DNA of 61,162 bases from Atractiella rhizophila (taxonomy: Eukaryota), in contig MU271200.1 of NCBI GenBank assembly GCA_021432655.1, positions 114,159 through 175,320 of the forward strand, written 5' to 3'. Made by a program: the position numbers and the translations under genes. The notes beneath the pieces were generated by a model. It was not told where the DNA came from. It saw nothing but the letters and a program-made list of their open reading frames with translations, and searched no databases. Positions 11,881 through 24,805 of the stretch are shown piece after piece. The first letter of the stretch is position 1; each line of letters opens with the position of its first letter.

Positions 11881-13718
11881 ACACCAATGTTATCCGAAAC
11901 GTCACGTTAGAGCCCTTCCGGAAGTCCAGAAATCAAACATTCTAGTGGTTCATGAAGTTCTCCACTACCTGTGTTTGTCCTTCTGAGAAGTCATAATCCA
12001 GGAAAGTAGGGTCATATGCTTTGGAATAAACCGAATGTGCCCCCCTTTTGCCTCTTATCGCTTCAGCGGAACTGCACGTTCTTGACATTGCCAGGTTATC
12101 CACCGTTCGCGTATTCACGAACTAGATAGCTACAGTTGACCGTCGATTGAAACAGTGTTGCTCTGAGCTGTTGAGCATTGACTTGACATTGACCGCCAGT
12201 AAATGTCTACGATCTATTTTCATTTGATTTCCATTCCAGCTCTCGCAGCGTTCCACAATAGTCTGAGTTCGCTGTTACGGAAACGCTCCAGACTCCTGAT
12301 AAACCTGTGGTGGAGATATGCCAGATTGATGCGTAGCAAACGTCGCTCGACATACACATACCGAATTGACTGACTTTGAAAGTTGAACCTTTCCCGCACG
12401 TTGGTAGTTCTCCCCTTCATTGAGAAAGACAAGTACCAGCCGTCCGGAAAAATGCTTAGAAAATTAGATTCAGGATGTCTCTGTGCACTGGATGGGTTTG
12501 CTGTAAGGTACTTTACGCGCCGCTGATATCTTCAGATGAGCGGAATGCCACTTTAGCGTTCGGTGAATGGGGAGATTCCGTGAATCCTAACTTCCCTGAC
12601 AGGCTTTAACGAATTCTGATGGATGTCGCGGGACAGAACCCTTGCAAACATAGGATGTGAATCTCCCCAGTGACAAGTGGTCTCGTAACCAGTTTACATT
12701 GCTAGCAAGAAATGAGATTATCCACACGCTCTCAGCACACCTTAGAACAGGCGGCTGGATGCCTACGGGGGTCTGGTGCCTCCTTGAAGAAAAAATTCAA
12801 AAAGGAATGTCCATGAAGGATCACATAAGGATTCATGGCTCAGCCGGTGGCCATTGCCTAAGTCACTCGAGACCAACAACCTTTGTAGTGAGAGAAATGT
12901 GAAAAACAATTGCCATTCAAACTTTCTGATTCATCCTACAACACCACTGACGTTCGGAGCTTGCACACACACCTTGGATCCTTTGGAGTTCAAGAAACAT
13001 TATCTATTAAGATGACCCAACATCAAGCAAGGTTTTGGGGGAAATTGCACGTTCATGGGACGCGATCGAACGCAGGACGCGCCCTTGCTCTTCAGCGATC
13101 AGAGTTGGACGCTTGTACGACCACGCTCGTTGCCACTTCCCGGAGTCTGGCCATATGATACCACTCCGCCTAGCGTCACTTTATGCACGTCCTTCCACCG
13201 TGATGTTCCAGGTCTATCCTCCCACAGCTGGTCTTTGCCTGAACTTGATTGTCAAGAGAAGCCAGAGAAGAAACTTGAACGGAGTGATCTCAAATTTGAG
13301 TTTGCGGAATGACGATGGAAGAGGAAATTTCTCATGAGCTTGTGTGCAGGGGAATAGCAGAACAATGTCAATTTCTAATTGACCTGTGGTTGCGATAGCA
13401 AGAGAACCCATTGTATTTAAGGACACACTATTCAATAGTTGAATTTGTAACCTTTAGACAAGTCGCTAAAATAACATGAATATTATGGGCATTGATGCAT
13501 CAATCTACACTGTCAGAAGTTCTTTTCCAATCGCCAAAAATTCAGCTGCTTTGCTTCTAGTTGGACTTGACTGGAATTCTACAACCACCACTCGTCTTTA
13601 ATCTTCATCACTCGGCTCGGCTAACCCAACCGACGATCTCGAGCATAACGACGGAAAGAAAGGTAGTAGTGACATCCCTTTCTACACGCGCACTAGTACT
13701 CGGAGTGATCGCGGTGAC

Positions 13719-13990
13719 ATGAAAAAAAGTTCGAAGCGAAAGAATCAAGAGAGTGATGAGGAGCAGGTTGCGGAAGGAGAGGTCAGTTTTCTTTGCTGCT
13801 TTTTCTCTGCTGCAGCGTTCATCATTCCCCACCCAACTATCACGATGAAAGCCGAACCGGGTTCTCGTTGTCTGTGTGCAGACGGTAGACGTCTCTTTCA
13901 CTTTTACCCAGCCACACACCCTCGACTTCCAAAGCATCAAGCATCTCCTAACTCAACTCCTTGCCGACACCATATCAGACGAATCCTTTC
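13719..13990 (+). CDS. BCP1: BCP1 5' fragment truncated by the N gap (duplicate of 23096-23367)
   Basis: MKKSSKRKNQESDEEQVAEGE / TVDVSFTFTQPHTLDFQSIKHLLTQLL, nearly identical to the full copy. Confidence 0.8.
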
Positions 13991-14015
13991 NNNNNNNNNN
14001 NNNNNNNNNNNNNNN
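13991..14015. other. Assembly gap (25 N)
   Basis: Run of 25 N directly abutting the mirrored block. Confidence 1.
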
Positions 14016-17000
14016 CTAGAGATCAGAGAGGTCGACCACCTCGAATAGAATTTTGGTTGACCGAGATACCGCCACTCAGCGCAAGACAAGTGCCTACGAT
14101 GTCGTAATTGTAAAAAATTTAAACAGGTCCTATATAAGGGTAATTTATGTTGTGGCAGAGACACAGGTTGAGATTCATATTCCAGATATGGTGTGTGTAG
14201 GCTCCGCTCGTGCCAGGTGGTCGATATGCCACGGCGTGACTGCGACCACTGTGTCAAATATAGCAAGGCGCTATAAGACCGTCGCTGAACTAGATGGAGC
14301 CGAGAAAGAGCGGGTGGAGGTTCCCACGTGTTTATTTACAAGGGCAGTGGTACAGTCAGTCGAGGACAGGAGAAGGAAGGGAAGGATCAAAGATTCAGTT
14401 CTCACGAGTTACACACGAAGATCAGGGCGAGTTAAGGGTTGCCTGCCGTGGTATGGACTTCCGTTAAAGGTTCAGTCAGAGGGGCTGGGTCGAAGGGTAG
14501 GCAGCGAAGTTTTACTATTGCTACTACTGACTACAGTTTGCGAGATGTGTCAACTCTTAGCACCTCTCCGTTCGGATAGTCGGTCGACCGCGTTGACATG
14601 GCATGAACTAGCTCAAAGTCACTCGTTAATAAAAGGATCGTAATACATGATAACGACTCTAATACGTACCGTAAGTCCAGACGAGTCGGTTGGCAGCTAA
14701 AGACGTGTCTGACCCATTCGGAAGTACAGTGGTTGGGCGTGAATTTCTGGAGCAATTGCACAACTTTACGGACGTCTTAGGTCAAGAGGGAGTTTGCACA
14801 ACTTGTTAGTTCAGAGCTAGTACAAGCCTTCTACCGACTACTGCAGCGTTCCCTGTGCTAAAACCAAAGTATTTACATATTGTCAACTACAAGGCAACTC
14901 AAGTAATTCAAAATGGCATTTACTACTTATACACGAGCGAGCGTCGTTGTTACACGTTTTACACGTCCATTTTCTCTTATTTACCTGTCGTGGCATTAAA
15001 CATTTTCTTACAATTGAAAAATAGCCTTACTCCTAGTGAAGTTCTAAAACAACTAAGCCGTATCTGTGGTATTTTCACGTAGTACTCGTTCAACGCGTCG
15101 TGTCTTTTATGGTAGAAACATGTATACGTTATTAAAGGCTTTTGTATCGTAGGTTTACAAATTCCCTTGCGGGGTCGTAATGGGACCTCGACCAGGGAGA
15201 CACGGAGCTGGGTGGCAGCAGTTGTAGGTAGCGTAACAACGTAATAATTCCAAGTGACATGCACGCACAAGCATCGTTGAAGTATTTAGAGTCACACCAG
15301 TCGGGTCGTTCACCACGTATGTAGGTCCGTCCGTAGGTCTAGAGCTAATACCGTCAAACGAGAGTCTTGTCACCCGTTGACTTATAATAGTGAGTCATGG
15401 TCCTGTACTGCCACACCCACAACTGATCAGGATCAAGGGCTCTTTCGGTATTTTCGACCGGTTCGACTCAGACTCCTCTCCCCGAGTAACGAAAATTAAA
15501 GACGCTTTCAGTACTTTAAGTAGCGGACACGTCGTCAGAAAAAACCAAACAAAGTCCCACAGGGACGGGGCGGTCAACAAGGAGAAGGATAGCTAACGTT
15601 CCGAGTTGGAAGGTTCACAGGTGGAAGCGGACCAGGAAGTCCAAGCAGTGCAAAATCGACTTGTTAAATCCTCTGGTCTCTAAAGAGTAGCTTTAGCCCC
15701 ATCCTAGCAACCAAAGGGGACGACCACCTAGAAGGATATGTTGGTTGACCGAGACCCCGCCATTCAGTGCAGGGAGTAATTGACACAACAAAGGAGATTC
15801 TGTGGGAAAAAAAACTGCGTCCCAAGTAGGGCTAGTTCATGTTAAGCCAGAGGCACAGATTGAGTGTCATGTGCCAGATATGCTGCGTGTAGTTTCCAGT
15901 CGACTAAAGTGTTGTTGTCTACGTTACAACAGCCCGACTGTGCTTGTTAGGCACTGTGACACATCAAAGCTAACAAGGGGTTAAGCCGCCGCTTAACCAG
16001 CTGAACCCGCTCAAAAGTGGGTGAAGGTTTCCGCGTGTTTATTTGCAGGGAGAGTGCGACAGTCAACGAACGAGGGGAGGGTCAGGGTTTCAGCTGAGTT
16101 ACATTACATGTGTCAGGGCGAGTTAAGGGATGACTGCCTTGGTAAGGAGCGCCAGGAAAACGTCAGTCAGCGTAAACATCGGTGTCACTATTACTCGACT
16201 TCGTCCGTAAAAATTTGTCAACTCTCAGCACCTCTCCGTTCGCATGGTCGGGCGTCCATGCCGAGTTGGAATGGACTAGCTTAAAGTCACTCGTTAGTAA
16301 ACAAGAAGCACTTGAATAGTGACTATTCGGTACCTGTAAGTCCAGACGGGTTGGCTGGTAGTTAGAAACAAGTCTGACCCATTCGGAAAAAGGTAGGAAG
16401 CGAAAGGTTTTAGAGTCGACTATATGGCCTAACCAGATTGAAGGTTGCTTATACTTCTTAGGGAAATTAGGACCCTGAACAATTTGCTAGAGAAAACTTC
16501 GTACCTGCAGCGAAATGAGAAAAGCTGACGAAGCTAGTACCTGCTAGCGCCAATCTTTCGTTACTTACCGTTTACAATTTCCTGTACTAAATCAAAGACT
16601 AACCTGTAATTACCTGCTCGAAGAAAAGCGAAAGTGTTGCTTGTACTTCAGCTAACCCTAACCCTTTGCAACTGACCGTTTAAGTTAACCGCTACCTGTC
16701 CCAAACTCAAGATTACATATAGTTGCCTGGTACGAAGTTCGAAGTCATTACTTAAACACGGTATCGTTGTAATGTAGTTCCTAGTTATCCTTGCTTGCTG
16801 GCTACAAGATGATTTGCCAAGATTTTCTTACCTTAGGTATCACGACGTTACGCGAGTAGATCACTGGCAGGGTCTTTGCTTTATGTTGAACGTTTTGTTT
16901 TGTTTCACGTACAGGTAATTTCTTTTGCTCCATGAGTCGCAGGTTTACAGCGTAGGTGTTACGGTCGACGTCGACCGCCAGACAGAAGAAAGGATCAACG

Positions 17001-20000
17001 GGTGAGCGAGAGCAGGAGGGGGCTCGAGTTAGTGGTAGAGACAGAGGCAGAGGAATTTCTCGAGAACTACACAATAGGTCAACGCTCACATGAGCTGGGG
17101 CAGGTCGAGCTAGGAGACTTATACAACACCGAAAAGAACTAGGTCGTAGTTTCAACTGGCAGGCGTGTATGCAGCAATGCCTCCACTCTCCTAACTCCTA
17201 CCGCTTGCTCGCGTGCTCTCCCCACCTTTCCTCCATTTAGCCCCAAGGCCGTTCACCTTTGTTCGGACGAAGTAATTAGTCCAAGGTAAAGTGTAGCCAC
17301 CTTCTTGCGCGGCTCTATCCTGGTTTGTTGTTTTCGGGGGTAGCTTGGTCGTAGCAGCAAAGGACCATCTGGCAACCAGCTACATAACTTCCTGACGAGG
17401 TTATAGGTCTCGAAGGCTCAACACCAGAAGCGACCAGCTGGACGGGTGCGCATGTACATACGGTGATCCTTCCGTCCGAGCAAGGGTTACAGGTTGTTAG
17501 GCAATAGGGTCGGTCGTAGATCGGCAAGCTGCTTCGCAAGGAGCGGAGGGTAGAACAGCTACTCGGACATCCGTAGTACGTACCGACCCTTTTTCCTTAT
17601 AAGGGTTGAGCGACGGAGCGACATACTACATTATAAATTGGGGTATTCTACAATGCTCACTACCTGCGTGATTTTCAGTCTCGGAGCACGACACTCTATC
17701 GTCCTCGAGACTTTGTAGAAGCCGCTCGTGACAAACCCTATTTGCTTAAACTTGACCGGTAAGCAGTCCGCTCCGTATTACTTCGGTACTTTAGGCAGCA
17801 GTCAGCTTAACCCCAAGGTGTCCAAAAGGGTAAGGGATCTTCGTAAATTTTTCACGTCTATTAGCAGGCAAAAGGGGTTAGGCGCACGGTGGTCGCGTTA
17901 TCTTTTCAGGAAATTAGTGAACAAGTCTTTCGCTAGGGGGATCTTCGCCTCTGCGAGTGTAACATTTGTATAAGGTAGTAGGCCGAGCGCCAAGACCGGT
18001 GTAGTACCAACTTATTAGGAGCGACTCTTTATGGTTTTTGGATGGAAGGACAATAGGGGGAGGGTACGGCACCATTTCTGAGTAGCGGACCGTGTATGGG
18101 TTTGAGTAAGGAGTTGAGATACAGAGGAGCTGGAACGGTGGAATGAGTGGTAATCGGTACGTGTGTTGTCTCAGCCTATTTTGTTTTGTGTGGAGGTTAG
18201 TAGTCCTCCATGTCAGCGTAGAAAGAAGTAGATGTGAGCGAAACTAAATCACCTTACCTTGTTTCTCCCCAACGGTATGCCGAAGTATTCGCACAAGGGT
18301 TAGTTACGGGAAGCATTACAAGAACTGTATTGACAGGCGCTCGTTTCTTAGACGTAACGAGGGGAAGAGTAGGAAATCCCACCATAGCACGTTCTCCTCG
18401 TTCTCGAATGCGGAACTGACATAGGACTATTAAAGGTCCAATCGGCAGACACTCTCTAGTACCACTCCTCCGAGTGGCTCACTCTTCCTGTAAGCTGTCA
18501 GACCTTCTATAGGGTACACCAGCATTTATAGACGTGACTAGAAGTTGAAGAGGGAAGGACTGAAGTACTAGTTCCGATTGGTTACTCGCGAGAGTGGTAG
18601 AGTCGGACATGGAGGCCGACCTCGTATTGCTTCTCACCTACCTGCTGAGATTTCCACAGGGTTTACGTTATGGTTGATAGTTTGTACCCTCAAGGGAGGC
18701 ATAAGGTGGGACCTAACAGAGGGCACTGCAATAAGCCCGAGTTTATTCAGGATATCTCGCTTGAGGTTTTCAAGAGGAAGGAGAAGAGGCGAAGAGCAGG
18801 TCCAGGTTTCAGTTGGAAGTTGGATAGAGGGTTGTGGCTCAAGGTGAGCAGAAGAGGACGGGAGCGCTCGAGCAGCTTCTGAACACTCGACATTTCGCCC
18901 TACGACAGAAGCCGCATGCTTGTCCGCACGAGCTATCTTGCCATGCTCTGCGGTTACGCCTGCTCGACACACTTAGCGAACGCCCAAGCACCCTTGACCT
19001 ACTCGCGCGGCACCGGGCGACGCTGGAGCTACTTATTCCAACTTACGTATCCTCTCCTCCCGCATGAGTACCACTCGAAGCATTCGGGAACTCAAAAAAC
19101 ACGCTAGTATGGCTAAGCAAGGGCTTATTTCCTGCTGCAAGGATGTTCGAGGAGTCAGCTAGTACGACAGTACCTTTCCTTATACAACCCTCCTGTTTGC
19201 AGCGTAGACACCATAGATCCGTCTTTACACGGATAAGAAGGAAATCCATTAATCCTCCTTCCTCTCCCTTGCCTGTCCCATATTTGGCAGAGGTTTACTT
19301 CCTGCTTTTCTGGGTCTAGGCTGGTGGGACTAACAAGGAAACCTCAGGTAGTCTAGGGTTGACTATAACGGGGACGGCGGTTTGTAGTGGAATCAAGGAG
19401 TTAAATTATAACTCTACTTCTGCTCCTGCTTGCTGTACTTTCTTACCACGTTCAGCAAGCGGTTCAGATGGTAGTCGCGTCCAGCGCTACGAAGGAAACT
19501 CTTTTCCAAACCCCCTTATGCATTTAGCTACATCACGGCGTGCAAGTCACCAGCGATGAAGTCGTGCTTGGGGTTAAGTAATCCAGTTAGAACTTTTATA
19601 GGGCCGAATCGGTGATAAGGAGGTGTGTAGTCTATGTTTTTAGTCTCCCCTCCTTTCATTTCCTATCTCATTTCTTTATTGACTGGCTACGAGGGTAAGT
19701 GGGACAACTGTCGTGCCTCTGCAAGGAGCTGGTGCGTGGCGAGGAGTAGCGGCACAAGCTGCCTTCGATACAGCGTGGTTCATCCCTTGTCGAACTTCAA
19801 AGGGTTCCTGCGGCAAGGGGGTCAAGGTAGCAGTACGTCAACACTCTAAGGTCACTACCCTGACAGCAGACTCTGCTTCGGTCGTCGCAACAGTCACCTT
19901 TCTCACAGACGCTGGCGACGTTAAACCCTTCTAGTCACTCCAAGACAATATGTTCACCGTACACGTACTTCTTCTCATATTTCAGCCACATTTTCATAAC

Positions 20001-20528
20001 CGCGCGGCCGATGTCTACCGACTCGTACAATCTTTTGAAGTGATGACAAGTGTTACTCGACGATTCGCTACAAACTTTGTTGTACGAGTTGGATACATGA
20101 AGAGTGGGTAAGATTCGACAATGTCCCCGCTCGATAGCTCAAGAGGCTGTAAGGTTTGAAGTGAGCAAATGAGTTGTTTTCCCTTCAAGTGTCGACCGTG
20201 TACGGTTACAGAGTCACCAGTTCAAAGACTTACTAGTGTATAAGATTGAGCAACCTACTCGCTCTGGCATTCAGGGTATTATTACCTTCTCGAAAACCGG
20301 TAAGTTCTTGGTCTTCTTCACACTAGGTGTGACGTCGGTCGCTTCCTGGCTTGGTTCGTTGTTAAAATTCGACAGAGGTGTACAAGCGCGCGCCTCTGCT
20401 TCTTGCCCTTCGCATGACGTGTAGCTGTTTATCAAAGCCCTTACGCCTTACTGGTCTTTAGTATCTGACGGGGAAGAGGACGATCTCGTGGAGGGGAAGG
20501 TTACTCTCTTTATTCTTTCAACACATAA
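14016..20528. repeat. Mirror copy (reversed, not complemented) of 2545-9144
   Basis: 14016 ctagagatcagagaggtcgaccacc read backwards equals 9120-9144. About 16880-17000 read backwards equals 6061-6185. 20461-20528 read backwards equals 2545-2613. Scattered SNPs and indels separate the two copies. Confidence 0.98.
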
Positions 20529-23367
20529 CTATCCTCATAAATATCAGCAAATCCCAGTCCCCATTGATAATGATGGCGAGTGAGTACCTGAGGGACCAGG
20601 AGCCGGTGGACATTGGGATGGTTCAACCTTGCAATCGATGGGAAGAGGAACAATTGGGTCGGCAGAAATGCTCTGAAACAAAGTGAGAAATACTGCTGCA
20701 CAAGTGATAAACTTCATGTCGCTCGCAGAAAATCAGAACAATCCCAATCTCGTCACACTCAACTCAACCAGGCTTTTATATGCTCCTCCCCAACATCCAC
20801 GGGGTCATGTTAACAACCGTCAACATCAATGCTTCAATGGCCCACTGCTCTCAATGCGCCCAGAGCCACATTAATGCTGGCTGAAAATGGCAACAGCGGA
20901 CAGGGGCTTCTTCCATTCCTGTGTGTCAGTGAACGTACATGCCACATCCGCTGACTTCAGTTCGCGTTTTCTGGTCTACACTTCCGAAATGAGCCATCTG
21001 TGATAACACGGTTCCTGTTTATGTGGGTGGAAAGGGCAAATGCAGAAGAGAGGAAATTAGAAAATGCCCTGCGTCTGCTCTGAGGACGCAGTACAAAGGG
21101 AAATATGGGAATTGCGCGGTAATGTGTTATGATGCATCATTAATCTTACCAGTTTTCCGCTACGTACTCTTCACTGTACTGCAGTGCCTTCACAGCTCCC
21201 CCTTCTTTCAGCTATTCTCAGAGCCGCAGGTCTGAGCAACCTAGTATGAGCTAGAGTCATGACATTGTTTGGACGAGAATATTCGAATAGCGAATGCTTC
21301 GTTTTCCGCGCTGAAGGGGTAACTTAGTTTGTTTCGAGTTGTTAGCAAGCCATGTTAGGTTTCAGTGCGTGCGTGTGGTATTATGGTCTCCTTCAATGTG
21401 GTACCACACAACCTTCACCGTGACAGGACCTTTGGATGTGCCCCGTGAAGCTGTGACCCCTATCTCATTCCTTCGTTGCTGCAGTCACATACTCGTTCCA
21501 ATTACAGTTACAAATTACTCAAGCACAACACAATTTCTTATAAATTTATTGACCGTTGTCCAAGCGGGATGTTCCTCCGAAAGCTATTGTTCAACATGGG
21601 ATTCTTCACCGTTAGGAATGATGAAGAATTTGAAGTAAGTCAGTTGAGGAATCTTTAGGGTAATGTAGCATCAAAACTTACCGGGTCCAAACAGAGACTG
21701 ATGGTGGGTTGAGCGGAACTGAGTGAGATGGTATCAGCAAAGGTTAATATCGAAAAGAATAAGTGATCACTTACTGAAACTCAATCAGGTCGGGTTGCTG
21801 GTTCTTCGGCTGATACGCTTGCCTCTCCATGATTTGCAACTGCGTAGAAAATGCAGTTCCTCGTCAGTATGGTCACTACAATCCGTGTGATTGGAATAGG
21901 TTCAGGACGGCTGACTCCGAAGGAACCATGACAAGAATTGAGCTGGGCTTTGAGTTCCACATTGAGGACCTTGGAATCCAGAAGAAGAAGTGAGAGGGAC
22001 TACCAGAGTGGGGGGAACATTCATTTCCGCGCCTTTGGAGGTTAGCGAAAACTCCCTGAGTTGGATTATCTTATCGCCATTGTGGACAATGGAAACTGGT
22101 GGACCCAGTCATTCAGCACAACAACGTTATTCGAAACGTCACGTTAGAGTCCTTCCGGAAGTCCAGAAATCAGACATTCTAGTGGTTCATGAAGTTCTCC
22201 ACTACCTGTGTTTGTCATTCTGCGTCATAATCCTGGAAAAGTACGTTCATACGCGTTGAAATGAACAGAATGTGGACTCATAACCGGTTTACATCGCTGG
22301 CAAGAAATGAGATTATCCACACGCTCTCAGCACACCCCAGAACAGTCGGCTGGATGCCTACGGGGGTCTGGTGCCTGCTTGAAGAAAGGAATTCAAAAAG
22401 AAATGTCCATGAAGGATCACACAATGATTCAGTGAGTAGGTGGCTCAGCCGCTGGCCATTGCCTAAGTCACGCGAGACCAACTGCCTTTGTAGTGGGAGA
22501 AATGTGAAAACCATTGCCATTCAAGCTTTCTGATCCATCCTACGGCTCGAACACTACTGACGTTAGGAGCTTGTACACACGCGCCTTGGACACTTTGGAG
22601 TTCAAGAAACATTATCTATTAAGATAACCCAACAACATCAAGCCAAGTTTTAGGGGGAAATTGCACGTTCATGGGACGCGATCGACTGCAGGATCTAATG
22701 TGGACCTGGGAATGTGCAGGGGAATAGCAGAACAATGATGATTTCTCATTGACCTGTGGTTGTGATATCAAGTGAATTAATATATTTAAGGACACACTGT
22801 TCAATAGTTGAATCTGTAACCTTTAGACGAGTCGCTGAAATAACGTGAATACATGAATATTATGGATATTGATACATCGATCTACACTGTCAGAAGTTCT
22901 TTTCCAATCGCCAAAAATTAAATTCAGCTGCTTTGCTTCCAGTTGGACTTGAGTGGAATTCTACAACCACCACTCGTCTTTAATCTTCATCACTCGGCTC
23001 GGCTAACCCAACCAACGATCTCGAGCATAACGACGGAAAGAAAGGTAGAGTAGTGACATCTTTTCTACAGGCTTACTCGGAGTGATCGCGGTGACATGAA
23101 AAAAAGTTCGAAGCGAAAGAATCAAGAGAGCGATGAGGAACAGGTTGCGGAAGGAGAGGTCAGTTTTGTTTGCTGCTTTTTCTCTGCTGCAGCGTTCATC
23201 ATTCCCCACCAAATACCCCGATGAAAGGCTGATCTGGTTTTTCGTTGTCTGGGTGCAGACGGTAGACGTCTCTTTCACTTTCACCCAGCCGCACACTCTC
23301 GACTTTCAAAGCATCAAGCATCTCCTAACCCAACTCCTCGCCGACACCATATCAGACGAATCCTTTC
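20529..23367. repeat. Diverged direct copy of 10205-13990 (probable alternate haplotype or paralogous block)
   Basis: Colinear similarity from ctatcctcataaat to gaatcctttc. It lacks the segments at 12040-12679 and about 13078-13342. Confidence 0.9.
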
Positions 23368-24236
23368 CTTACAATGAGCTTGCCGACTTAATCATCGCTC
23401 AGAAGGATGTAGGGAACTTTGTCAGGGTCGCTGATAGTGAGGAGGATGATGGAGAAGGAGAAGGAGGCAAGGAAGAAGAAGCAGAAGATGACGCGAAGGA
23501 GGCAGAGAAGGAAGAAGAACCGTATCCGGGAGACGCTTACGGGTTCCTCACCCTTCTAGACTTGGATGAGCACGGTGTGCGCTTCTCCATCTCATTCTAT
23601 TCATAACTCGAACGATACTGAATCGAATGACGAACATTACAGACCAAACCTGCACTGCAAACCCTCCTCACTACGCTGGCTTCCTCCTGTCCGCACTCAA
23701 ATCCCCTGCACCAAATCCTGTCATCTCCCCCTTCGTCCACAGCCCTAATCCTCGGCGAACGAGTGGTAAACATGCCGCTAGACCTCGTTCCCCACCTCTA
23801 CCGTCTCCTCGCCCAGGACCTCCTCTCTGGAAACAAAAAATACAAATCCTATATCTTCCTCTCCCGCGTTTTTGTGCCCACCAACGACCACGAGCTCTCC
23901 TTTACTGGTACCAGCACTAACAACGAGGGAGAGGACAACAAGAACGAAGGGGAGATGCCACCGAAGAAGAAAAAGAAGAAATCAAAGTCAAATTCGAACT
24001 CAGGTGGGAGAGGGGATGTGGTGAAGGACGAGGATATGTTCCCTTACCACCCCGAAACTGTCTTCGTCGCCTCTCTCGCCTCTTCATCTTTCACCACTCC
24101 TGTCAAGTTAGCGCCGAAGCATGAAGATGGGTTGGCGAGTATACCGGGGGTGGAGAACGCTCTAAGGGTGATGTGCGTGCCTGGGGAGAAGTGGGAAGAG
24201 TTGGTTGAGGGAGTGGGGGGCTTCATGAGCGGCTAG
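23096..24236 (+). CDS. BCP1: BCP1/BCCIP family protein (60S biogenesis, Mss4 export)
   Basis: TVDVSFTF...DFQSIKHLLTQLL...ELADLII...DAYGFLTLLDL...LILGERVVNMPLDLVPHLYRLL...FPYHPE. Confidence 0.9.
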
Positions 24237-24805
24237 TAATGCTATACTCAATAGGCTGAGCTTCGTGGGTCGGGCACTCGTATAAAACTCAATAAAACCT
24301 GACTTCATCATACCCAATAGGCTGACAGTGATGAATTGATATGTATGTGGATGGAAAGGAGAATGCATGCATTGCGATGATTTGAATTTTGAGTATATTT
24401 CCACTGGACGTCTGACATCGAAAATCGATTCGAGTCGGGAAGACATAAAAGCGTTGAACGTAATTGATGCAAAGCAAGAGAAGGACGACTCTGTTTGGCC
24501 GTTTCTGCAACCTAAGCTTGGGATAACTCTGTAGACTAAGATGGAGGAGGTAAAGCACGACAGGTCCAGCAAGCGAGTGCTCGTGAGAGAACTGGAGATC
24601 GATCACCAAAGAAGCACAAGACAAACTCCGAAAAAGGGAGAGATAGAGAGGGAGAGACATCAGGAACAGCCGAATAAATAACGTTATTCCTCCGTCTTGC
24701 CACTGAAAAGAGGAGGAAGGGAGACGTAATCGATAACCACTGCAACTGAACGATGACGAGAAAAAAGTGAAGGCGGCCACATCGATCGATGTCTATATCC
24801 TTCTC

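Noticed and set aside
14053..20424. Dozens of short ORFs in the track that look like an island of orphan genes
   Set aside because: They lie wholly within the mirrored block and are chance frames of reversed sequence.
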